Shown here: positions 51,869 through 64,000 of the stretch, in pieces | How the letters are laid out: each line of letters starts with the position of its first letter | Numbering within the stretch: the stretch's first letter is position 1 | Source: Orbicella franksi | Lineage: Eukaryota | Assembly (NCBI GenBank): GCA_964199315.1 | Contig: OZ116709.1 | Location: 11,904,001-11,968,000, forward strand | Reading direction: 5' to 3' | Length of the DNA stretch: 64,000 nt | The notes under the pieces: model-generated | Database searches by the model: none | Told to the model about the DNA's origin: nothing | The model's input: the letters and a program-made list of their open reading frames with translations, nothing else | Made by a program: the position numbers and the translations under genes

Positions 51869-52989
51869 CAAATTAAAGGACCTTGGTTAGCAACAACAGA
51901 CCAACTTGTCTTATGCATTGCCACAGGAGAAGCTACAAGAAATGACTTCTGAAGAGGAAGCATTTTGCACGTAAGAGTGGCTTCAGCCAATTACCGTGAG
52001 TGACTGAGAACTTTATTAAAGTGTCAAAAACCTTATGGCCTGGAAATAAAAACACCATACTAATTAGGGAACACTGCTAAAAAACTGTACTAATACTAAT
52101 ATTAATACAATAAAAAAATAATAAATAAATGACTTGAAGGGCATTATGTGCAGCATAGGATGCAGCCCTTACAGCCGGTGTCCATTAAGCGAGTTATATC
52201 CCTTTTGATCACGAGGACAGGAAATGTTGCAGTTGCCAGGTGTACAATAACACTGCACATAAACAGTGAACACGTTTGTAAAGTGTAATTGTGTCCTACT
52301 TCATTTAATTGCAAACATGATGTACCTGAAATAAAGAACGAAACGCGATGACTCACTGGCTTAATGCTCCTTTATTTCACGTATAGCCTTAATTAATACT
52401 TCAGTAAAAGTTATAATTTTTCTTTCCTCTACAACACATAATGAGCGAGCTAATCTTAAACACTTCAAAACGCTTTTGCACTGGTTTGACCGTTTGAGTC
52501 TGTTGAAACCGACGACCGACGTTGGAATCGAAGACTGACGACGAACTACCGCCAGCCAACTAGCCTGAAACGTCGGTCATCTCCCGCCCTCAGCCTCCTC
52601 CCCGGGTGAGAGACGACTGGTATGACAGCCCACAATCGAGTCTAAAAATATGACCTGCATTGCTGTCTCATTCGTCATCAATCAAGCTGCAACAATTTAG
52701 AAAACCTAATTTCTAGGTTTTTCTTCTGGAGTCGGCATGAGAATTTAATTATGGCCGAAGTCATAATTAGTTTCTCAGGTTTGCATGATTTGCTCATTGA
52801 CATTAAGATAATTATGTGTGGTATTAGAGGCATAGGCTACCTATTAAACTAATTATATGTCTTAAGCCCAAGTTTTTTCTATTCCGTTCAAAATTGGCAT
52901 AGCAACTGAGTTTATCATTCGCTTTGCACTTATGACATTTGTTTGTTCGATGGACGATTTGTAATCAAGTTTTCAGCCAATATGCTATA

Positions 52990-53080
52990 CTATGATTATG
53001 ATTATTAAGATTATTGTGATTATTATTATTATTGTTATATTATTATTATTATTATTAATATTATTATTATTATTTATATT
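52990..53080. repeat. (ATT)n imperfect microsatellite
   Basis: Visible ATT runs. Confidence 0.85.
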
Positions 53081-53530
53081 TTTTATTACATTTTTTATAT
53101 GAAAAAAGCTCCCATTAAAAAAGCACCCATCTCATGACAAAGGGTTTTAACTGGCGCACAATTTTAAACAGTTCCACAAAGGTAATTTTTTATAATCTCG
53201 ATATATTAGCTTTGTTCAATGTCGTTTCATAGATTGATAGAGTGTCTAACTTTAAAAACTTCAAAATGTAAAATTCGGATTCACACTATTTGCACGAAAA
53301 TAATGCTCATACATTTATCGGGTTCCGGAAGAAATGGCGTCATAAAATGTCCCAAACCTTTGTGAAACCATTCCCTTTCGCCTCGTGCTTTCACCTTGAG
53401 TGCTGGACATTTCATGTGGTATTATTACTGCATGCAGTGTGGTCTAGATCCTGTTTAAAAATGGAAAACTTTTGGAAAACATAGAGCTTATGGTCTAGAT
53501 CCTGTTCTTATGTATGTATCTATCTATCCT

Positions 53531-53815
53531 TAGTATAAATCTACTAGCGTTCTATCACGAATGCCGTTCTGTGATTGGCCACGCTACTCACCATCTATTC
53601 CGTTGTAGATCGTGAGTGTGCGCTTGTTAACAAACTGGCGGCCGCTTTGCGTTTTCCTGTCCGTGAAGGGGATTTAGATAAAGTTTTGAACGACTAGTAG
53701 ATTTACACTAAAACAATACGATTATTCGCTCTCGATTTCTACACGTGATAGCTGACTCAGGTTGCGCCCTCGTCAACTATTACGCGATAGAAATCGAGAG
53801 CGAATAATCTAATTG
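53531..53815. mobile_element. Bipartite hairpin element abutting the lipase stop codon
   Basis: TAGTATAAATCTACTAG...CTAGTAGATTTACACTA-AAACAAT-[hairpin]-TAATTG; a partial copy lies at 59078-59165. Confidence 0.7.
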
Positions 53816-53819
53816 CTGA

Positions 53820-56800
53820 TTACATTTGTGTCTTAATGTGCTTAATGATGTCATAGTAAACTAGTTTAGCAGCGTCCAGCCCCCAGATGAAGTCCATATG
53901 ATCCCAATTCTTGATATACTTGTCGTACATCCTGTTCGGCAGCAGAGGAAGCAGGGCCCGGACATCTTCAGGGTCAGCTAGCCAGTCATTCTGCGCCCAG
54001 TACAGCGCCACAGGGACAGTCATTGCGGTTACATTGTATACTGGCGGAGTGTCCTAAAGACGGTTGCAATAACAAGTTAGTTAGTCAGCAACCCTTTGCC
54101 TACGTTTGAATTATTCCTTGCCCTTTACAGCGAGGACATTCAAATCGTGAGCACTCGTAATGTCTTGCATATTTTTAAAAGTGACTGCAGCGTATTTAGC
54201 TTTTTAACTTTGTAAAAACGCCAATCTTGCACATCATCTGCAGAGCTTAATTCCATTCTTTTGACGCTAAGTGTTCCTGGTTCGAGTGTCCTTACTCTAA
54301 ATGGCCATAAAACAAAAAAAAAAGGTGTGATTATGACAATTTCACAATGGCTTACAACAAACTGACTCGAAACGTACATCAGATGAGAACAGGAACAATG
54401 GAGATAATACGGCTTGAGACTTTTGACATCATGCATTCTATTCAAAATGAAATGATTCAGACATGCTCTGGATTCCTCTTCACCTTTCCAGGCTTTTTCC
54501 CGTCCCTATTAATAAACGTTCCTTGCAATAAAATATTGTGTCTCCGAAAACTTATGAGCCTAAAAACGAGACAACATTGGAAAGTGGGAACTGACTACAT
54601 TTAAGATTTTTTTTTCTTCAGAAACTGTTGTGTAAAAATCAGTGTCACTTTAATTTCATGACAGTAGTAGTTGAGTAATGACAATTTCGCAGAGGGTTAA
54701 CGGATTACGGATGATAAAGATTGAACTAGACCGAAAAAGATATTCAACACAGTGCCATTCGGACGCCATTTGAGACCATTTGATTTCGTCGCCGGCTCAC
54801 CTGTCCATAGTGCTCCATGTTTTCGCTAGCGCTTCCATAATTGTACATCTGAAACTTCTTGGATAAGTACATCTGTTGAGAGATACGTAAAAATTTTATA
54901 TTCCTAAAAATTGACTGACCTGAAAATGACAATGGCGAGATAAATCACTGGTCAAGCGTGATCTTTGCATCGAGCACTGTGTATAGACAGCACTCGTGAA
55001 CCGTCCCCAATTGTCTCTTATAACATAGAGACAGCTAGCTAGAGATACATCATTCAATAGTAAGACATTCATTCTTCTTCATCCTTGCATCTTACAATAG
55101 ACCCTTTGCAGGATCCGGTCACATGGTACTGAATTAAGGTTACAGTATACCTTCAGGGGTGTCTCGCGCGCAAGCAATGTAGCGCGTGCAGTTTAAGCTT
55201 TAGATACCTAAACCCCTATATCAAATTAAAGCTTATGGAGCTGGCTATCAAACTATACCAAGAATTTTGAAAGAAAGTGAATTGTCGAATTTTTCACGAC
55301 CACTAAATGCGAGCGCCCGAATCACCTCTCGAAAGCTACAAGTCAAAGCGAATTTCGTTTTTCGCTAATTTAATTTTTTCCTCGGTTTCAGGGCCCAAAG
55401 CGCTTAAAAAACGTGTCTGCGTTTTGGCATATTCGATTGCAATAAAAAGTTACAGAACATTTTCGAAATAGGATTAAAAAAATGTGGAGTGATCGTACAA
55501 AAATCGCTCTCGAAGAAAAAGTATTTCGAAATTAACAATTCCCAGACACGCTTTTGTAGTTTATATGTTAAACTAGCCACTGTCCAAATTTAAGAGCAAT
55601 TGAACAAATTCCCTTTGAGTTATAACTCTTTAAAGTGTCTGCTTCAAGTGAAAAAATTTATTCGAGAAAACAGCGCTAAGAAAAATTTTCTGCTTCGCAA
55701 ACAAACTCCGCCCACAAACGCCTTCAACTGGGTTCTCAGATAACTAAGCCAATCAGTGAAGGGAAACTTTACTACCGTTAACCTCCTGGTGAAATTTACG
55801 CGCGAATAAAAAACTCTTGTGTTTCGCAATGCGCTCAAGGAACCGAAGGCAGAGGGATAATTTTTCTGTAGCTCGGTTTTTCTTGAAGCTGGTCTGGCAA
55901 AATGGGGAAGACTAAAAAGGATACGAACGCTAGAGTGGCTGAGCGAAGGAAACAAACAAAAGACAGCGCGGAGAGCAACTGTGTGTGGGCAACTGTGCAT
56001 GGATAATATTTCAAATGGTCTCAATGAGTCCGACGATTCGTCGATATCGGACTCATCAGAAGAGTCTCTGTCAGCATCCCTGTTGTTGCTGTCAAGTTCC
56101 GAAATTTTTACAGAACCTTTCTTTTCTCTTACCACGAATATTTGCCCGCCTTATACGATAACTATAGCTTTATCCGCGTGGCGAACTTTCGCTTCTTCAC
56201 TCATTGATGTACTTTCATTCGTTCTTCGTTGTTTTCGCTTTTTCGAACCGGTCCATGGTTTAAACGTGGTCTATGTTTACTTATAACTTAATAGACACAC
56301 GCCTAATATCAAAAATGCTGGGTAGTTAGAACAACAATGTTGATCAACTGAGTAGTCAATTCGTGACATCGATATAGGTAATTCCCGCGAAAATCGTCTC
56401 GGTTGATTGCATCGCGCCATAGGGCTGTCAATCAAGAGGTAAACTTTTACTTCCGGTGAAAACGTAAAACCGCCATTTCTCCGCCAATATTTAGCCTTTT
56501 TCAAAAATTTTTTTCAGAAATTAGAGATTATTCTTCGACCACTATTTTGACCCAAAAATCCAAATTTGAAGAAAATTATCAATCGGAAGGTATACTGCAA
56601 CCTTAATTACGCTGGGACGCAAGTTACACAGTGGGACTTCCAAAACAAAGGAAAGTCGGGCTGCACTGGTACGAGTTCCTTTGTTTCGGAAGTCCCACTG
56701 CGTAACTTGCGTCCCACCGTAATTAATTCCGTACCATGTGACCGGATCCTACAAAGGGCCTATTAACGTGTGAGACAGCAGATTAGTCACATACCTGAGC

Positions 56801-59800
56801 AAAGTGGACCATGTCTCGAACTGATGTGCCCGCTGGAGTGTGTGAGAAATACACTGGAAGTCGCGTCTGTCAATAAGAAAATCATCAAAGACAGTGAGTT
56901 AAATAAATGCCCAACTCATTCTCCACTGCATCCTCTATCCTTCTTAGGAGCTTGTTCTGATCACGCTTCAAAGACGTGCAGGTGCAAATCAAACAACTGG
57001 TCTTGAAGAAAACGACTGACCGGGTGAAAGGGAGGATAAAGTGTGAGAGAGTTAATCCGCCATATAGGCCTTATTCACAAGGTAATATCTCTCAAATGAG
57101 CTATTTTTAGATATGGTACCCAGAACAGCGTGGATAATGTTAACACGCGCATTGCGAATATGTTTTTGTTGAGGTTGAAAATACGTAAAAAGCGTCTTGG
57201 GCTGTCCACGTGAGCAAACTCCGTTTCACAGGATTGGTTATTGGTAGAAGCGTATCCTATTGGGATTGAGGACTGGTCCAAAAATAACTTGAGAGGGATT
57301 ACCTTGCGAATAAGGCCTTTATGAGGGATTAACTCTCTCACTCTTCATCTTCTCTTACCGCGTGTGATAAAACTCGTGAACCAAAGCTGAAAGCAACTTT
57401 CCTTGAGCTGCAAAAATGCCAGTAAGCGCCCTCAGTGAGTGCTTTATCGAATTCTTACTGCAATGAGAAAATCTCTTCAACAAAAAAAGGCCAACTCACT
57501 TTGTTAAGCTGCTGCTTATCAAATCCACAGATGACAAAAACAATATCCCCACAGAATGTCTCTAAGTCTTTCTCGGAACACACGTAATCAGCTAACCAGC
57601 GAATGATGAAATCAGATGGAAGAAAATCACGCACGCCGAAAAGTTTGAACAAAGCCTAAGATAAGCAAAACAAGAAAGAAAGATGTCAGTCCCCCGCAGG
57701 ATGTTCAAACAGTGGTCCCTCAGAATGATTTATGCGTTGCATATCTTGCTTGCAAAAATGCAGATTACTTTTTCTTCTATGTAAAAAAGAATGAGCTAGC
57801 TAGTTGATGAAGTTGATACAGTGGACTCCCAATTCCTCGAGCCCTCGATTTTTTCGAATCTCCCGACTACTCGAACCAAAAGTCGTTTCCCTCCATTCAG
57901 TTGAACACTAATTTTAACTAACCGATTTTTCAAACCAGGTTCGAGAAATCGGGATTCCACTGTATAATAATATTTTTGAAACATGAACGTTTCTTCGCGG
58001 GTTGAAAATCGTCTCCTATTCTATTCTCAGTGATGACGTCAGAATGACTACACAGATTCGTGTATTGTCATTGGTTGTTATTAGGCTTTGAAGCTTCGCG
58101 CGGTTGTAAGAAACGGCCAATAAGAAACTCTCATGAGGGGGGAGAAGGTGAAGGGGGATAGTTGACGATGCAGAGAGAGACGTTGTTGTAATCAGGTTAC
58201 GATTAAACTAAACAAGGACAAGAAAGATGAAAAGACAAACTACCGTATAGTGTACAGTACCTGAATTTCAGGAAGAAAATGAGCCAGATATTTAATAGGA
58301 CTCTCCATGTGTCCCACTGTCGCGACGGGTCCAAGAGCAAAGAACTTCTTCACCACTTTGGCCAATTCTTTGTTTCTGGAGAATTCTGCAAAAGCGATCA
58401 GGGTTCCTTGCGAATGTCCGACGTAATACAATGAAGGCTGTGAAGTCTTTGCTAATACAAATTTCAACATGGCGGGTAGGTCATGACGAGCCATTTGATC
58501 CCAGCTGTAAGATTAAACAAAGTTTCCAGAAATAGGATATCATGAATACGTGCCCGGCTCAGTTATACCCGGGAAGTTATAAACTACCCAGAAAATATAG
58601 TTCAGTTTTTTTCCATCCTAATATCGTCGACCTAATAAGTCGAATTTTGGCTTATGCGCATGCTCCAAAGTAATACATTGTTCATTTCGGTACCTGATCC
58701 TCAGGAAAATCTTGCTCCTCCGTAAGAAATTGCTTTTTCAGCAAAGTTAGGCCAATTCAGAGTCGTGGCAGCCAAGAAATCGAGTTGACGGTAAAAAAAC
58801 CCATCATTTTTAAAATTTGGCCGTTAAAGGGTAAGAAAACGTGTATTTATTTGTCCACGTGATAAACTGGAGTGTTTTTTTTGGCCCTGATTCGCAAGAA
58901 ATGTTACGTAACGGGATCTTCAATAATTGTAATCACTGTTATCCCTCAATATACTCATATCAAAGACGATTTCCATCAGAATAATGACAAAGTAACGGGA
59001 CCTGAACCTCTTTTCTGGTGACGCCTGATAGAACATTTATAAGTAAACTCTGTTCTTTCTATAAGGATATATTTTACTAGTATAAATCTAAGAGCGTCCT
59101 ATCACGAATGCCGTTCTCCGATTGGCTACGCTACTTACTATGTGTTCTGATATAGATAGTGAGTAGCCTAGTGAGTAGCCTAGCCCTGCTAGGCTAGTGT
59201 TTTCGAAGTAATATCAAGACTGAAAATTGTCATTTAAGAGTATTTCTAAAATAATAAACCCTAGGCTGAGATTTGGCAAAGAATACAATTTGTGTTGAAA
59301 ATTTGTAAATACAATGCAATTAAATGTTTTTGACTGAACCGTATAAAATTCTTCCTTTCTTTTAACTGAAAACTAACCAAAAACAGCACTAGTCGTATAT
59401 TCGATACTGATAACATTTTTTCAAAAAGTTATGTGTATCGTATCAGGTTTTGTTTCCTGCGGTCGTGCTCCAAAATTACTTAATAGCTTCAACGCCATAA
59501 AACGGAAATGCTATATGCCATACTCTAAGAACATTCATAAGAATATTTTCAGTCTAAAATCGGCAGAAAAATAAGTATATTCAGGCTGGGCCGGAAAAAC
59601 AATATTCTTGTAGAAAAAGAGAATGTTAAAGCATACGAGGACCAATCTGTAACCACTATTTCACTCTTGATAAATAGCCTGTACAGAAAAGTCTAGTTTA
59701 CAGCTGGTAAGTTAGGGCCAAGTCGCACTGGAGGGCGATTTCAGATTTGTTCTGGACAAATCCGACTTCAAATCAGGCAGGAACAAAAGTCGGACCGGAT

Positions 59801-62800
59801 CAACTGGGACCGCCACTCCGGGTCGGATCAACTCGGATCAATTCGGATCGACTCGGATCGTCTCGGATCATGAAAAAGAAAACATAAAATTAAATGAAAT
59901 TGAAACTTTTACCCATTTGAAGGTTAAAATTCCGGTCAAAAATGGGCCAAATTAAGAAAGACTCGCGACGTTTCTCCGTGTCGTGATGTGTAGTCAAGTC
60001 GCCATTTTGTATTCTTAGTGCCAGTTCCTCTCGGACTAGTCTCGTGTTCCTCCATCCATCCATCCGTCGATCTCCACGATCATGGACCCAGATGAAGGTA
60101 AATCTTTCTCAATGAATTTGCATCTGTCCACCAAATTGATAGTTCCAGTCATAACCCATTTCTGTTACGCTGCGTGATTTTGTAGAAATTCGCTTTACTT
60201 CCGTTTGGCTCCTAATTTGGAGAACAGGAAGTTGATAGATTTAGCTAATCATTCAGCAAAACTTGGCTTGCTTGACGACAAGGGATTTCAGTCCAAAATG
60301 GTTGACGTTTTGTACGAGCGAACTGTACGGGTCCGCAAATGATCCCAGGACCGCAAATGATCCCGGACCGCAAATGATCCCGGACCGCAAATGATCCCCA
60401 AATTCAACCGCAAATGATCCCGGACCGGAACTGATCCCCATATTGGACCGCAAATGATCCCGATCAAAAAATAAGAATGGCATGGATTTATATCAGAAGA
60501 AGGTGAGAACATGTATAAAAATTATAAACTAAAAAACATGTTTTATCATTTTACAAAAAAATATTCCACAGTTGCTGTTTTGTTCTTCGAAGGGTACAGA
60601 TCGTTTTCACTGTCACGCAATAAAAAAAAAAATAATAATAAATCGAAAACCAGCCAACGGAAAAAGCTAAGAAATTGTGATGTACGCTATAGAAGATAAC
60701 TAAATAAGCCACTTCCCCAAGTTTTAGGCCCGTGCGTTTCCCCAAACTTCAGATATTCGTCGTAAATGTTTCCCATGCAGAAATTTAAAGAGCCCAGTAA
60801 GAAAACGCCATGTTGGTGTACATCCGTGGTACACCGGCCGGAATATAGTGTAAACATCTGGAACTTACTTTGGCTTTTTAGGCGACTGATTATCAGTACT
60901 AAACAAACAAGCATTTACATAAGCACTTTTCCTAATGCTCTAACTTCTAAAAAGGCTCAAACTCATGAGATAAGTATATATTTTTCAACAAACTCGATCG
61001 CAGCCTTGTGTCACGCAACCTCCGTAACCCTGAAATTCAAAATGCTCTGGTTTCCAAACGAAGCACTCTAATTGTAAACAGATATAAATATACCGCCTCT
61101 TATGCCTGATAAGGATAAAAACACGTCACGTGAAGACGATTTATCGAATTAGAAGTCTTAGAAAAACACATACTTGAAAACATTCTCGAAATCCCGGTGG
61201 CGATAGTATCAAACATCTATCAAACAGCTAATTGTCGAAACGAAGCGTAAGCCTTGGCCTTGCTTGGTCATGAAGCTGAACTTCATAACTATAGCTTAGA
61301 ATTTTGGCTTCTTAGAATACTCAAGTAGTCATTTCCGAGGAATTAAAGCCAAAATACGACCAAGGACAAATTACAAAATAAATTTGTTCAAATTTCCAGT
61401 GCTACGCACAAGGTGTTTTACAGAGTGATGAAGCGTTGCTGACGCTTGTGGATCTACTCAGGTGACAGCGTCTTCTGTAACAGTTGCTTCATGGTTAGAT
61501 TTTAGTTTAAAACTTTAGACGAGTGGCGTTAATGGCTGATAAAATGTGATTTATATATAACAACGAAATATCAATGTTTAACAAAAGAGGATATGTGGCG
61601 TATGTTGCACTGATCATAATTTTACTGAGAACTGCAAAGAAATGCACTCCAAGTCGTGCTTTGATAATTGAGCGGTGATATTCATAACATCGTAGTTTGC
61701 AATAAAATTCAGTCGAAAGTATGAAAAAAAAGCAAGTTTTAAGCCATTAAAATTATAAGATGGCTTTAATAAAAACATCGGTATTCACGTACGCCAATTC
61801 CCTATCCACACCATTCCACCATCCATGCCATTCCTTATTTTTTAGTCGGGATCATTTGCGGTCCCTATCGCGGATCATTTCCGGTCCGGGATCATTTGCG
61901 TTCCAATTTGGGGATCATTTGCGGTCCGGGATCATTTGCGGACCCGTACAGAACTTAAAACGATTTTCAAAGATCCTGAAGATAGTTTTTGAGGTGGACG
62001 ACGATCCGAAAGGTATTTCAAGTAATTAAGAAAGTAATTTTATAGTTAGCGCGAAAAATTGAGCTGAACTCACGTGAGCTTCGCAATATCTACATCTACA
62101 TATCCTGAAAACAGAACAGAAAAAGACTGAATCTAGAATTAACTACGATTTATTTGTACATGTAAACAGAAGATTGCGTTTCACTCCGCATGGCAACCGC
62201 CAGTAGCGTCCATGTCCGCGTCCTAATATCGCAACAAAACGAAGCCTTTATCCAAAGTTACGGAGCTCTACACTCCCAAAAACGACTCAGTCACTACACA
62301 TTATTCAATAATTAGCGAGATTCTAAACATAAAAACGGCGATTCGAAGAGTATTTAGTTGCATTTGAACAACATGTTTATGTTAAAGTTAGCGCGATAAC
62401 TATTAAGTTCCTGCTGACTTAATAAATGTAGATGTAGATGTAGATATTGCGAAGCTCACGTGAGTTCGTTCAGCTTGATTTTTCGCGCTAACTATAAAAT
62501 TACTTTCTTAATTACTTGAAATCAGTACCTTTCGGATCGTCGTCCTCCTCAAAAACTATCTTGACGATCTTTGAAAATCGTTTTAAGTTCGCTCGTATAA
62601 AACATCAACCATTTTGGACTGAAATCCCTGTCGTCAAGCAGGGCAAGTTTTGCTGAATGATTAGCTAAATCTATCAACTTCCTGTTCTCCAAATTAGGAG
62701 CCAAACGGAAGTAAAGCGAATTTCTACAAAATCACGCAGCGTAACAGAAATGGGTTATGACTGGAACTATCAATTTGGTGGACAGATGCAAATTCATTGA

Positions 62801-63962
62801 GATAGATTTACCTTCATCTGGGTCCATGATCGTGGAGATCGACGGATGGATGGACGGAGGAACACGAGACGAGTCCGAGAGGAACTGGCACTAAGAATAC
62901 AAAATGGCGGCTTGACTACACAGCACGACACGGAGAAACGTCGCGATTCTGTCTTAATTTGGCCCATTTTTGACCGGAATTTTAACCTTCAAATGGGTAA
63001 AAGTTTCAATTTTATTTAATTTTATGTTTTTTTTTCATGATCCGAGACGATCCGAGTCGACCCGAGTTGATCCGAGTTGATCCGACCCGGAGTGGCGGTC
63101 CGAGTTGATCCGGTCCGACTTTTGTACCTGCCTCTTGAAATCGGCCAGTGACAAAAAATTTGTCCGGAAAGCTACAATCGCACTTGAGAACAAAATCTGC
63201 GATCATTAAACATGTAAGGGCCTGGCAAAGGACAGATTCATCCTGATGGATGTTGTGGAAATTCGTACGGGAAAAATTGGTCTCCCGCGCCGGGATTCAT
63301 GTTGTTGCGAAATGAGAATCTGACTAATTTTACCGCGAAGTCTATCGCATAGAGACTCTGCTACATATCACCTGTCAAATCATTTCCGAATCAAAACACC
63401 CTCGCTTTTGTTTTCCAAGATTTGTCTCAATTTGGCCTGCTCTAGAGGTAGTCGACGGCATCTTTGAAGTTTGTCCCCCCGCGACCAAATTTTGTCCTTT
63501 GGGGAACAAACCGGTCGCACTTGGTTTTTCGTTGTGATGACGGATTTTTGATATAAGTAAACAGTTTTGTCCTCTAGTGCGACTTGACCCTTAGGTCGAA
63601 ACGTTATGAAACTAGACACGGATCGGAGCGTCTAAACTAACTTACCTAAATTCCCAAAATATATCTGAATGCACAGAATAGTTGATATGCTGGAGACCAT
63701 ATGTATTCCCTCTAACATTACCAAGCCACACATCAAACCCAGCGTCGGCCAAGATGAAGGCAAAACTCTCATTTGGCAAATTTGTGACCCAGTTAGAGGA
63801 CGAACATAGCAGTCCATGCTGAAGAAAAATCACAGGTTTTGGTTCATCACTGAGAACCTCGTTCCTTCCTGCTGGGATCCTCTGAATGAAGATGATGTAA
63901 CCATCGTCTGTAGTCACGGGGTATTCCTCCACTGGGTAGCCATTGTAAGCAATGATTTGACT
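53820..63962 (-). CDS. LIPA: Lysosomal acid / gastric triacylglycerol lipase family protein; 5'-partial (signal-peptide exon lies beyond the window)
   Basis: Exons (-): 63646-63962, 58261-58504, 57500-57655, 56795-56866, 54801-54872, 53820-54053. All introns are GT-AG with consistent phases. Motifs: LQHGLL oxyanion region, [16 protein letters not shown], nucleophile GHSQG, catalytic Asp in QNDWLADP and His in WDHMDFIWG. Orthology to LIPA versus LIPF-like paralogues cannot be resolved from sequence alone. Confidence 0.95.
55096..56764. mobile_element. Hairpin MITE (AATAGACC...GGCCTATT) interrupted by the Kolobok element
   Basis: Removing 55138-56606 restores an approximately 200-bp near-palindromic MITE with a TIR of about 34 bp, AATAGACCCTTTGCAGGATCCGGTCACATGGTAC. 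Confidence 0.8.
55138..56602 (-). mobile_element. Kolobok-type non-autonomous DNA transposon with N-terminal ORF relic
   Basis: TTAA on both flanks (55134-37, 56603-06); TIR GGTTACAGTATACCTT versus AAGGTATACTGCAACC (15/16, RR termini). There is a decayed basic-then-acidic ORF relic on the - strand at about 55980-56260. Confidence 0.75.
57819..57962. mobile_element. Tc1/mariner-type (CAGTGG...CCACTG) MITE
   Basis: TA-CAGTGGA...TCCACTG-TA, in a lipase intron. Confidence 0.75.
59775..63133. mobile_element. MULE/foldback-type element with about 700-bp inverted arms
   Basis: Left arm 59775-60322 plus 61952-62102 is an inverted copy of about 62426-63133. A 9-bp TSD flanks it: CTTCAAATC (59766-74) and CTTGAAATC (63134-42), 8/9 match. 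Confidence 0.8.
60323..61951. mobile_element. Non-autonomous TIR element with subterminal 17-nt tandem repeats
   Basis: Perfect 24-bp TIR CTGTACGGGTCCGCAAATGATCCC, with arrays of GGACCGCAAATGATCCC at both ends. An AA duplication is evident when the site is compared with the uninterrupted right arm of the host. Confidence 0.85.
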
Positions 63963-64000
63963 CTGTAAAAGTTCATTAAAACAAATTTCTGTCACTCCGT

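Larger units (their letters stand above)
59715..63590. mobile_element. PIF/Harbinger-type non-autonomous element (about 0.5 kb host) carrying nested insertions, in lipase intron
   Basis: TIR GGGCCAAGTCGCACTGGAGG versus CCTCTAGTGCGACTTGACCC (18/20), with a TTA target duplication on both sides (59712-14, 63591-93). Confidence 0.8.

Noticed and set aside
55644-56135. 163-aa ORF as a host gene
   Set aside because: It lies wholly inside the TTAA-flanked element, has an upstream stop and frameshift, and runs into non-coding subterminal sequence.
60323-60470. 17-nt repeats resembling a CRISPR array
   Set aside because: No unique spacers of constant length; they are mirrored at 61840-61951 as subterminal repeats of a TIR element in a eukaryotic intron.

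Overview
AT-rich, intron-rich animal genomic DNA. The repeat families and gene types suggest an anthozoan or stony coral, which is inference only. No prokaryotic features, rRNA, bona fide tRNA or CRISPR were found. I assembled these spliced genes by hand with phase-consistent junctions: (1) signal peptide peptidase HM13, 11 exons, 23540-33230 (-), 382 aa; (2) a 221-aa protein of three tandem His/Cys zinc-finger (DC1/ZZ-like) repeats, 41888-44039 (-); (3) head-to-head with it, a 314-aa protein with a single NCoR/SMRT-type SANT domain, 46305-51868 (+), using a GC-AG intron; (4) the 3' six exons of a LIPA/LIPF-family acid lipase, 53820-63962 (-), with its 5' exon outside the window; (5) an orphan QHPGT-repeat plus coiled-coil gene, 18089-20395 (-). 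A tentative antisense gene is interleaved in the introns of the SANT gene. The rest is dense in DNA transposon derivatives: an Academ-like relic, an internally deleted hAT, Kolobok, MULE and Harbinger non-autonomous elements (nested up to three deep in a lipase intron), MITEs and SINEs. There is also a perfect 597-bp palindrome. The most notable items are the miniature NCoR-like SANT gene with its interleaved antisense ORF, the perfect palindrome at the Academ terminus, and the nested element stack.
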